Source: Planctomycetota bacterium (GTDB lineage: Bacteria > Planctomycetota > UBA1135 > UBA2386). Taken from it: 64,000 nucleotides of DNA. The notes under the pieces were generated by a model, which searched no databases, was not told where the DNA came from, and worked only from the letters and a program-made list of their open reading frames with translations. Positions 1 to 8,533 of this stretch are shown one piece after another (position 1 is the first letter of the stretch; each line of letters opens with the position of its first letter). A program made the translations under genes and the position numbers. Location of the stretch: contig JBKAGP010000001.1 of NCBI GenBank assembly GCA_046290465.1, positions 3,136,001 through 3,200,000 on the forward strand, written 5' to 3'.

Positions 1-1337
1 GGCACGCCGAGGTTGTTGCCGTCGAAGTTGCGCTGGATGGCGAAGTTGACGGCGATCACGTCGCCCGAACCGCTGAACACCGGGCCGCCCGAGCCGCCGC
101 TGGTGGTCGCCGCGTCGTAGGCGATCAGGTGGTCCTCGACATTGCTGACGACGCCCTCGGTGATCACCGGCGCGATCTCCCCGGCGGCCGCCAGCTGCGC
201 GATCGCCTCGGTCATGGTGGCTGCCGACTTGCGCAGCCGTTCGAGGGTCTCGCTGTTGGCGCGCGCCAACAGCGCCGCCAGGCCCGTCGGGTAGCCGACC
301 ACGATCGCGCGTTCGTCCTCGCCCTCGGTGCCGTCGCTGCGCAGCGGCAGCACCGGGATGCCCTTGGCCTCCGCCGGCTGGATGCGCAGCATCGCGACGT
401 CGAAGTCGTCGCTGCGGCGCCGGATGGTCTTCTGCGCGACGTCCATCGGGCGATGCCGCGGGAACGTCACCGTCAGCTCGGTGAACACCGGCTTCGCACC
501 GATCTCGAGCAGCGGCTGGATCGCCGGCTCCTCGGTCCACGGCAGCGCCACGTGACGGTTGGTCACGATGTAACCCTGCTCGCTGACCAGGAAGCCCGAG
601 CCGGTGTACTCGCTCACCCACGGCTCGCCGGCGCGCGGCTCGAACCACGAACCGTCGCTCATCTCGAGCTGGTAGATGCCGTGGATCAGGCAGACGCCGC
701 GCGACAAGTTCTTCTGGATGTCGCGCACGACCTCGTTGGCCTTGATCAGCCGGTCGATCTGCTCCTGGTACTCGGCGCGCATCTGGTCGACCTCCTCGCG
801 CGTCACGCGATCGGCGGTCAACCGTTGCTCGGCCTTGCTCAGCTCGCTCCCGAGCCACCACCACAACAGCAGCGCGACCGCGGCGAACAGCAGCGGGAAG
901 CCGACCTTGAGCGTCGGCGTCGCCTGCGTCAGCAGGTCGCTGGTCAGGGTGCGCGTCGCCGTCGCGGTGCCGCTGTGCCTGGCGACCTCGGCGGCGTCGT
1001 AGAGCATGCGACGCACCGGCTTGCAGACCGCGCCGACCGGCACGTAGACGCGGAAGCGCGCCATCGGCCCGCCGGGGCCGAACTCGATCAGGTCGCCGTC
1101 CTTGAGGATGATCTCCTCGACCTCACTGCCGTTGACGAACGTCTGGCCGTCGACGCGGCGCAGGTGGAACTTGCACTCGTCCTGCTGCCACTCGACGCGC
1201 GCGTGTTCGTCGGCGACCAGCGCGTGGGTCAGCGCCACCTCGTTGCTCGGCGTCCGGCCGATGCGCACCACGGGCTGCTTGTAGGTGATCGTGCGACCAC
1301 GCAGCGGTCCGGAAAGGTGCAGCAATTGTGCGCGCAT
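1..1337 (-). CDS. FHA-domain, membrane-anchored trypsin-like (S1) serine protease; 3' end runs off the window
   Basis: Manual translation of a frame missing from the ORF track. N-terminus MRAQLLHLSGPLRG..RIGR..VADEHARV..TFVNG..LKDGDLIEFG is FHA-like. A hydrophobic segment follows, then GYIVTNRHV and DAATTSGGSGGP (catalytic His and Ser motifs). Confidence 0.85.
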   Translation of the reverse strand, partial: MRAQLLHLSGPLRGRTITYKQPVVRIGRTPSNEVALTHALVADEHARVEWQQDECKFHLRRVDGQTFVNGSEVEEIILKDGDLIEFGPGGPMARFRVYVPVGAVCKPVRRMLYDAAEVARHSGTATATRTLTSDLLTQATPTLKVGFPLLFAAVALLLWWWLGSELSKAEQRLTADRVTREEVDQMRAEYQEQIDRLIKANEVVRDIQKNLSRGVCLIHGIYQLEMSDGSWFEPRAGEPWVSEYTGSGFLVSEQGYIVTNRHVALPWTEEPAIQPLLEIGAKPVFTELTVTFPRHRPMDVAQKTIRRRSDDFDVAMLRIQPAEAKGIPVLPLRSDGTEGEDERAIVVGYPTGLAALLARANSETLERLRKSAATMTEAIAQLAAAGEIAPVITEGVVSNVEDHLIAYDAATTSGGSGGPVFSGSGDVIAVNFAIQRNFDGNNLGV

Positions 1338-1355
1338 CGACGCACCATAGTCCGG

Positions 1356-2117
1356 GTGTCCGACTCCGCCAATCCACACGTTCTGGTCGAGGTCTGCGTC
1401 GAGTCGGTCGCCGGCGCCTACGCGGCCGTCGTCGGCGGGGCCGAACGGATCGAGCTGTGTTCCAGCCTGGCGGAAGGCGGGCTGACCCCCAGCGCCGGGC
1501 TCTGCCAGGCGGTCGCGGCGGCGGTGCAGGTGCCGGTGTTCGCGATGATCCGACCGCGGGCCGGCGACTTCCTCTACGACGGCACCGAGGTCGACGTGAT
1601 GTGCCGGGACCTGGAGGCGCTGCGAGAGGCCGGTGCGGCCGGGTTCGTGGTCGGTGCGCTGACCGCGGACGGCCAGGTCGACCGCCGGCGGATGACCGAG
1701 TTCGTCGACCTCGCCGAAGGCCTGCCGGTGACGTTCCACCGCGCGTTCGACGTCTGCCGGGATGCCGACGAGGCGATCGACGTGCTGTGCGAACTCGGGG
1801 TCGCGCGGCTGCTGACGTCCGGGATGAAGGCGGCGGCCCCCGACGGCAAGCGCGAGATCCGCGCAGCGGTCGCGCGCGCCGGGGATCGGCTGACGGTGAT
1901 GGCCGGCGCCGGCGTGCGCGACGACAACGTCGTGCGGCTGGTCGAGGTGACGGGCGTTCGCGAGGTGCACCTGTCGGCCGCGGGCCAGCGCAAGAGCCGG
2001 ATGGCGTTCCGCCGCGACGGCGTGCCGATGGGCACGGCCAGCCAGGACGAATACCACGTGCGCACCACCGAGGAGGCGGTGGTCGCGCGGGTCGTCGCCG
2101 CGCTGCGGAATCGGTGA
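1356..2117 (+). CDS. cutC: Copper homeostasis protein CutC
   Basis: C-terminal part of ORF 129..2117: VEVCVES, GAERIELC..LAEGGLTPS, MIRPRAGDFLY, TFHRAFD, RLLTSG. The GTG start at 1356 is inferred. Confidence 0.93.
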   Translation: MSDSANPHVLVEVCVESVAGAYAAVVGGAERIELCSSLAEGGLTPSAGLCQAVAAAVQVPVFAMIRPRAGDFLYDGTEVDVMCRDLEALREAGAAGFVVGALTADGQVDRRRMTEFVDLAEGLPVTFHRAFDVCRDADEAIDVLCELGVARLLTSGMKAAAPDGKREIRAAVARAGDRLTVMAGAGVRDDNVVRLVEVTGVREVHLSAAGQRKSRMAFRRDGVPMGTASQDEYHVRTTEEAVVARVVAALRNR

Positions 2118-2137
2118 AGCCGCGATACGATGCGCGC

Positions 2138-2608
2138 ATGAGCACGGCGTCGCACCCGCTCCTCGACTCGATCTCCACGCTTCTGGAGACGTCCCCCACT
2201 CCGTGGGACGACGTGCTCGCGGAGCTCACCCGTTACTTCGACTGCCCGGTCGGCACCGTGCACACGCTCGACGACGGCGACGGCATGCTGCACCTCGAAG
2301 CGCAGCGCGGCCTGCCGCCGCCGGTGCTCGGCAAGGTGCAGGTGATCCCGATCGGCAAGGGCATGGCCGGCATCGCCGCCGAGCGCAAGGAGCCGGTGCA
2401 GGTCTGCAACCTGCAGACCGACGACAGCGGCGTCGCGCGCCCCGGCGCCAAGATGACGCAGATGGAGGGCTCGCTGGCCGCACCGATGATCCGCGACGGC
2501 GCCGTCCGCGGCGTGCTCGGCGTCGCCAAACCCAGCGCCTACGACTTCACCCGCGAGGAAACCTCCCTCCTCCTCGCCGTCGGCGCCCTGCTGGCCGAAC
2601 GCACCTGA
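2138..2608 (+). CDS. Stand-alone GAF domain protein
   Basis: ATG at 2138; IPIGKGMAGIAAERKEPVQVCNL and SLAAPMIRDGAVRGVLGVA..FTREE pattern. Confidence 0.85.
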   Translation: MSTASHPLLDSISTLLETSPTPWDDVLAELTRYFDCPVGTVHTLDDGDGMLHLEAQRGLPPPVLGKVQVIPIGKGMAGIAAERKEPVQVCNLQTDDSGVARPGAKMTQMEGSLAAPMIRDGAVRGVLGVAKPSAYDFTREETSLLLAVGALLAERT

Positions 2609-2728
2609 CGTTCCGTAAGTCTGGTTCCGGGACGAAAACCTACAAACCGGACCTTGGGATGCGGCGAGCGGTCTCGCTGGGGATGGGAGCCGCCGATGCG
2701 GCCTCCGACCCACGAACCCCACGATCCC

Positions 2729-5029
2729 ATGATCCCCCAGCAGTCCCTGCGCCGGCTCGCCGGCGCGTCCGTCCTCCTCACCACCCTGGCCGTCGGCCAA
2801 CAGCCGCAGCTGACCCAGACGAGCCCGCCGCAGCACGATCCGGTCGTGCCGATCCACACGGCGGCCGACGACGAAGGCCACGCCTACGGCATCTGGGGTG
2901 CGGGCCCCGGCTACAAGATCTCGTTCCACGACGGTGCGACGCTGGTGCCCTATCTCGGCAAGGCCTACCCGCACAACCAGCCGTGGACGTGGCGCACGAC
3001 CTCGGTGCGGCTCGGCGGCGTCGAACTGGCGACGCAGGCGCCGCGGCTCAGCTACGGCGGCGTGCTGGCCAGCTACGACCTCGGCGGCGTGACCGAAGCG
3101 TGGGAACTGCGCCCCGACGGCGCCGAGCAGACGTTCGTCATCGACCAGCGGCCGGCGGCCGGCGAACTGGTCGTGCAGGGCGTCGTGCAGTCGATGCTGC
3201 AGGCCGACGCCGCCACTGCCGCGCACCAGCCGCTCTCGTTCCGTGACGGCGACGGGCTCGAACTAGTCCGCTACGGCACAGCGATCGCGATCGACGCCAA
3301 CGGCCAGCAGCGCGCGATGACCACCAGCCACCGAGACGGCACCATCACGCTGCGCCTCGACGCCGCCTGGCTCGAGACCGCCGCGTTCCCGCTGGTCGTC
3401 GACCCGCTGGTCGGCCCCGGCACCAACGTGACCGGCAACACCCGCTACGAGGTCGACGTCGTGCGCTGCGCCGAGACCAGCGTCGAACCCAACTGGGTCG
3501 CCTACTCGGTCTACGCCTCGCTCGGGGACGCCGACGTCTACACCCGCCGCTGGAACGACGACGGCACGATCGGCTCGGTGCCGTTCACCGACGTCACGTC
3601 GTCGTGGTCGACCAACGACCCCGCAGCCGCCTACAACGCCAGCGCCAACAGCGCGGTGTTCGTGTTCGACCGCAGCTTCCCGAGCAGCAGCACGCGCCGC
3701 ATCCGCGCCCACCGCCACCTGCGCAGCGACTACGTCAGCAACACCACCTACGACGTGTTGCCGTCGACGGACAACGCCTGGCGCTCGGACGTCGGCGGCA
3801 CCCGCTACAACCAGGCCGGCGACCTCGTGATGGTCGTCTACCAGCAAGAACCCAACAACGGTGGCGGCTTCCAGTCGACTTCGGGGACGGACGTGTTCGC
3901 GATCCCCTACAACGCCGTGACCGGCGCGTTCGGCAGCCCGATCGGCGTCGGCACGGCGCAGTTCTCCGACAACGAACGGCCGTCGATCAACCAGGTCTCG
4001 ACCAGCTTCGGGCCGACCGCCAACTGGCTGGTCTGCTACCAGAGCCGCAACAACCTGATCATCGGCCCCAACCCCAACAACGACGACTGGGACCTGAGCG
4101 TGCGCGAGGTCGACAGCAACGGCGGCGTCAACGGCTTCCTCACGATCGACGGCGGCAACGGGGACCACAAGTTCGCGCCGCAGATCGCCGGCGCCAGCGG
4201 TCGCTACCTGGTCGCCTACGTCACCAGCCCGATCTCGGCGAGCACGCCGTTCGGACGGATCGGCCACCAGATCCGCACCATGCGCGTCGACTGGCCGGCG
4301 CTGTCCGGAGCCGGCGTGACCCCGCATCCGTCGCGGCTGCTGGTCTCGAGCCCGTCCGCCACCCGCGAACTCGGCAGCCTCGCGTTCGATCGCAACAGCT
4401 ACAGCCACTGGGCGCTGCTCGACCGCAACGCCGGCAGCGGCGACCTCAGCATGCGCCTGGTCGGCTACACCGGCAGGCTGCTGCGTTCGGAGCTGGTGTT
4501 CAACGCCAGCAGCACCCAGCTCGGCGTGCTCGGCGGCCTGTCGTTCGACGCCTTCGACGACGAGTTCGCGATCGCCTACGCCTACAACCAGAACGGCAGC
4601 GACGTGACCACCATCGACCGCTTCCAGTATCCGTTCGTGTTCAGCCCGTCGACCGCCGGCACCGCCTGCAGCCCCGCCAGCATCTCGTGGTTCGGCTCGC
4701 AGCAGATCGGCAGCGAACTGAGCGGCGTCGCCGTCGACGGCGCGGCGTTCGACTCCATCCACATTGCGGCACTGGCGACCGCACCGGCGAGCGCGGTGCT
4801 GTTCGGCGTGCCGCCGATCCAGAACGGCTGCTGGCTGCTGGTCGCCAACGCCGGCCCGGACTACCTCGGCCTGTTGGACGTGCGCGTCGGTGCCAACGCC
4901 TCATGGGAGCTGCCGCTGCCCGAGTTCCTGTCGGCCGACACCTACTACGTGCAGGGCTGGCACACGGTCGGCGGCGGCAACTTCGACTTCGTCAGCACGC
5001 AGCGCCTGGCGGTGCCGACGATCAAGTAG
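2729..5029 (+). CDS. Large secreted beta-rich hypothetical protein
   Basis: Signal-peptide-like N-terminus, strong GC3 bias, S/T/N/G-rich; contains YDLGGVTEAWELRPDGAEQTF and FPLVVDP segments. Confidence 0.75.
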   Translation: MIPQQSLRRLAGASVLLTTLAVGQQPQLTQTSPPQHDPVVPIHTAADDEGHAYGIWGAGPGYKISFHDGATLVPYLGKAYPHNQPWTWRTTSVRLGGVELATQAPRLSYGGVLASYDLGGVTEAWELRPDGAEQTFVIDQRPAAGELVVQGVVQSMLQADAATAAHQPLSFRDGDGLELVRYGTAIAIDANGQQRAMTTSHRDGTITLRLDAAWLETAAFPLVVDPLVGPGTNVTGNTRYEVDVVRCAETSVEPNWVAYSVYASLGDADVYTRRWNDDGTIGSVPFTDVTSSWSTNDPAAAYNASANSAVFVFDRSFPSSSTRRIRAHRHLRSDYVSNTTYDVLPSTDNAWRSDVGGTRYNQAGDLVMVVYQQEPNNGGGFQSTSGTDVFAIPYNAVTGAFGSPIGVGTAQFSDNERPSINQVSTSFGPTANWLVCYQSRNNLIIGPNPNNDDWDLSVREVDSNGGVNGFLTIDGGNGDHKFAPQIAGASGRYLVAYVTSPISASTPFGRIGHQIRTMRVDWPALSGAGVTPHPSRLLVSSPSATRELGSLAFDRNSYSHWALLDRNAGSGDLSMRLVGYTGRLLRSELVFNASSTQLGVLGGLSFDAFDDEFAIAYAYNQNGSDVTTIDRFQYPFVFSPSTAGTACSPASISWFGSQQIGSELSGVAVDGAAFDSIHIAALATAPASAVLFGVPPIQNGCWLLVANAGPDYLGLLDVRVGANASWELPLPEFLSADTYYVQGWHTVGGGNFDFVSTQRLAVPTIK

Positions 5030-5096
5030 ACCGCCGTGCCGCGCCGTGACGTGCTTGGTGCGTTCGCGCCGAGCACGTCTGGCATCGTCGCCGACG

Positions 5097-5470
5097 ATGC
5101 TCGGCTCGATCGCGATCATCTCGCTGCTGGTCGGCGGCATCGGCATCATGAACGTCATGCTCGCGACGTCACCGAGCGCACTCGCGAGATCGGCATCCGG
5201 CGCGCGCTCGGCGCGCGTCGCAGCAGCATCGTGTGGCAGTTCTTGATCGAGACGATCGTGCTCCGCTCGATCGGCGGCCTGCTCGGCGTGCTGTTCGGCG
5301 TCGGCATCCCGGCGATCATCACCCTGCTCAGCGGCAACCTGACGATCGTGCTCGCGCACCACGTCGCGCTCGCCGCCGGCATCTCGATCGCCGTCGGCCT
5401 GTTGTTCGGCCTCTATCCGGCGTGGCGGGCGGCGTGCATGGATCCCGTCGAAGCCCTGCGACACGAGTAG
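5097..5470 (+). pseudogene. Truncated, frameshifted MacB/FtsX-type ABC permease C-terminal remnant
   Basis: [23 protein letters not shown] is in one frame; [40 protein letters not shown] continues in another. One base appears missing near 5167-5168, and no N-terminal region is present. Confidence 0.8.
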
Positions 5471-5502
5471 CTGCGCATCGGTCGCGGTATCCTGGGCGGA
5501 CC

Positions 5503-6663
5503 ATGCGCGCCCTCCCCGTGGCCTTCGTGCTGTCGTCGCTGGCGATCTCCGCGACGGCGCAGTCTCCCCAACTCGACCAGGCCCGATTCACCAAGCTGCA
5601 CCGACAGCTGCGCCCCGACCCCGACGCGATCTGGCGCAGCATCCCGTGGCGCATCGACCTGCTCGCCGCCCAGCGCGAGGCAGCCGAACAACGCAAGCCG
5701 CTGTTCGTCTGGGCCATGGACGGCCACCCGCTCGGCTGCACCTGAAACAACGGCGTGATCGACCGTGTGTCGACGTTCGCCAACCAGGAGATGGCCACGA
5801 TGCTGCGCACGCAGTTCGTGCCGGTCGCGATCGACCAGGCCTACGAGCGCCGGCAGCAGGACGCCGAAGGCGAGTTCTACCGCAAGTTCGCCGGGCAGGG
5901 TCCCCGCGGCGACTTCGCAGGAACGACCCAGGGGTTCTACGTGGCGACGGCGGCAGGAGACCTGCTGCTCTACAACAACAACCGCGACCCCGCGAAGGTG
6001 CTTCGCCTGGCGAAACGAGCGCGCGAGCGGTTTGCCGCGAGCCCGGCGGCGAAGGCCGAGGTCGCGTCGATCGACCACGGCCGCGTCGACGCGCGCTACG
6101 CCGTCACCCCGCCCAGCGGCGGCCTGGTCGTCCGGGTGCACGGCAAGGTGCTCGGCGGCTACGCCCCCACGGACGAACCGTTCCAGAAGGCGATGCAGCA
6201 GGCCTTGTCCCGCGACAACCTCTGGATCACGCAGGAAGAACGACAGGCGCTGCTCCGCGGCGAGCTACCGGATGCACTGATGCGTCGCCTCGCGCGCTAC
6301 CACCTCGTCGACGGGACGCGCGGCGAACCACCGATGTGGCGAGCGGACGAGGTCTTGACCCTCGACGTGCATCGCAAGGGCGACCGCGTCTCGGGTCGCA
6401 TACGCCTGGGCACCAAGGACGGCAAGCGTGGCTACGAGGCCTCCTTGCTGGGCTTCGTCGCGACCGAGGGCGAACGCGTCACGCGCTTCGACCTGGTCGT
6501 CGACGGTACGTTCCACGGCGAAGGCCGCTACACGCGAGGCGCCCCGGAAGGAGCGTTCCCATTCGCCGTCGCGTTCTCGCTGGCAGACGGCAGCGATGTC
6601 GCCGACGCGATCCCGCCACAGGGCTCACGCGGCTGGGTCGACGGTTACCTGAAGGCGCGCTGA
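5503..6663 (+). CDS. Putative exported selenoprotein, thioredoxin-like fold, C-T-U motif (in-frame TGA at 5743-5745, codon 81)
   Basis: ORFs 5233..5745 and 5755..6663 share a frame and are separated only by the TGA. Joined sequence: IPWRIDLLAAQREAAEQRKPLFVWAMDGHPLGCT*NNGVIDRVSTFANQEMATMLRTQFVPVAID. A signal peptide is present and a hairpin follows the TGA. Confidence 0.8.
5752..5781 (+). promoter_or_regulatory. Candidate bacterial SECIS hairpin
   Basis: Lower stem GGCG(5752-55)/CGCC(5778-81), upper stem TCGAC(5759-63)/GTCGA(5769-73), loop CGTGT with G at position 2. There are 18 nt between the UGA and the loop. Confidence 0.6.
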
Positions 6664-6681
6664 CCGGGCGTCGACGCGCCC

Positions 6682-7992
6682 CTACGCGTCGAACCCCTTC
6701 CGCGCCTCGATGTCGAGCAGCTCGTTCGCACCATCGTGATCGGTCCGCATCGTCGTCGGGTTCCAACGGATGCGCTGGCCGCGCGCGGCGCGGTAGGCGA
6801 CGTTGGCGAGCAGCACGTGCTCGGTCAGCGGCACCGCATACGAGAACGTGCAGGTCGGCTGCGACCGGCGCGCGCAGCATTCGAGCCACTCCTTGTAGTG
6901 GCCCGGCGACGACTCGATCGTCTTCGGCGGCGCGACCCATTCCTTGGCGCGCGCCTCCGGGCCGATCTGGTGCTTGCTGTAATCACTGATCAGCCACCCC
7001 TCGTCGCCGAGGAACAGTACCCCGTTGCGCCACTGCTCGAGGCCGCGCGCCTGCAGCTTCTCGGTCGGCCGGTCGCCGGTCGCGTGCCAGTGCAGCGTCA
7101 GCCCCGGGCGATCGCCGCGCGGGCCGAACTCGTATTCACAGTGCAGCGCGTCGGGTGCGCATTCGGGATCCGGCTCGGGGCCGTTCGCGACCAGCGACTT
7201 CGGCGCGTCGAGGTCGAGCGCCCAGAACGCCAGGTCGGTGAAGTGGCAGCTCATGTCGGCCGTCGTGCCGCCGCCGAACGCCCAGTAGCGACGCCAGCCG
7301 GCCGGGTGGTATCCCTTGGAATAGCTGCGCTCTCGGGCCGGACCGAGCCACTGGTCCCACTCCAGGTGCTCCGGCGCCTCGCCGGCCTCCGGCAGCTGCC
7401 TGGCCGACCAGTTGGTGCCGTTGACGAACACGACCACCTCGCGCACCGTGCCGACCGCACCGGCGCGCACCGCCTCGACGACGCGACGGTAGTTCTCGTT
7501 GGCGTGGATCTGCGTGCCCATCTGGGTCACCGCCCCATTGGCCTGCGCGGCGATCAACAGGCGCCGCGCCTGCGCGACCGTCTGCGTCAGCGGCTTCTCG
7601 CAGTAGACGTCGAGGCCGTGCTGCAGCGCGAGCATCGCCGGGTGGTAGTGTGTGTGGTCGGGCGTGCTGATCACGACGCCGTCGAGTTCCTTGCACTTTG
7701 CCGCGTCCTCGAGGATCTCGCGATAGTCGCTGCAGGTGTGCGCGTCCGGGAACTTCTCGGCCGCCTTCTTCAGATGGTTGGCGTCGATGTCACACAGCAC
7801 CCGGATGTCCTGGTCCTTGACGCCGTTGAGGTTCGCGCCGCCGCGCCCCGCCACGCCGATCACCATCAGCTTCGCCTGGTCGCGCGGGTCGCGCGCGGCG
7901 CGACGACGGAACGGGCTCGTGACCGCGGGAAGCGCGAGGCTCGAGGTCGCCGCAGCGGCGGCCCCGAGGAACGTACGACGAGTCGAAGGCAT
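6682..7992 (-). CDS. Gfo/Idh/MocA family oxidoreductase with Tat signal
   Basis: TRRTFL twin-arginine motif; IGVAGRG, STPDHTH, VYCEKP, TQMGTQIH, WRRYWAFGGG..DMSCH. Confidence 0.92.
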   Translation of the reverse strand: MPSTRRTFLGAAAAATSSLALPAVTSPFRRRAARDPRDQAKLMVIGVAGRGGANLNGVKDQDIRVLCDIDANHLKKAAEKFPDAHTCSDYREILEDAAKCKELDGVVISTPDHTHYHPAMLALQHGLDVYCEKPLTQTVAQARRLLIAAQANGAVTQMGTQIHANENYRRVVEAVRAGAVGTVREVVVFVNGTNWSARQLPEAGEAPEHLEWDQWLGPARERSYSKGYHPAGWRRYWAFGGGTTADMSCHFTDLAFWALDLDAPKSLVANGPEPDPECAPDALHCEYEFGPRGDRPGLTLHWHATGDRPTEKLQARGLEQWRNGVLFLGDEGWLISDYSKHQIGPEARAKEWVAPPKTIESSPGHYKEWLECCARRSQPTCTFSYAVPLTEHVLLANVAYRAARGQRIRWNPTTMRTDHDGANELLDIEARKGFDA

Positions 7993-8069
7993 GGCGCGGA
8001 TCATCGCGGATCCGACAAAAGCAGAACAGGGGGCTCGCGATTGCGCCCCGGCGTCCGGATCATCGAGGC

Positions 8070-8531
8070 ATGACGCAGAGCCTGCAGCAGCGCTACGCCC
8101 CGAACAACGCATGCTTCGGGTGCGGCCCGGCGAACGGTGACGGGCTGCGCATCGAGAGCTTCGTCGACGGCGACGAGGTCGTCTGCGAGTGGCAACCGGC
8201 GGCGATGCACCAGGCGTTTCCCGGCGTGCTCAACGGCGGCATCATCGGCACGCTGCTCGACTGCCACTGCAACTGGGCGGCCGCCTACCACCTGATGCTG
8301 GCGCAGGGCGTCGACGCGCCGCCGTGCACGGTGACGGCCGAGTACGGCATCAAGCTGCGTCGGCCGACGCCGGTCGACGCCCCGATCAAGCTGCGCGCAT
8401 CGCTGGCCGAACTCGACGGCAACAAGGCGCGCATCACCGGCACCCTCAGCGCCAACGGCCGCGTCACGGCCACCTGTGACGGCCTGTTCGTCGCCGTCGA
8501 GGACGGCCACCCCGCGTTCCACCGCTGGTAA
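8070..8531 (+). CDS. PaaI/hotdog-fold thioesterase
   Basis: CFGCGPANGDGL, HQAFPGVLNGGIIGTLLDCH, CTVTAEY..KLRRPTP. Confidence 0.88.
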   Translation: MTQSLQQRYAPNNACFGCGPANGDGLRIESFVDGDEVVCEWQPAAMHQAFPGVLNGGIIGTLLDCHCNWAAAYHLMLAQGVDAPPCTVTAEYGIKLRRPTPVDAPIKLRASLAELDGNKARITGTLSANGRVTATCDGLFVAVEDGHPAFHRW

Positions 8532-8533
8532 CG

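Noticed and set aside
129..1355. N-terminal 409 codons of ORF 129..2117 as part of CutC
   Set aside because: This stretch is the antisense of the FHA-protease gene; CutC similarity starts at about 1356.
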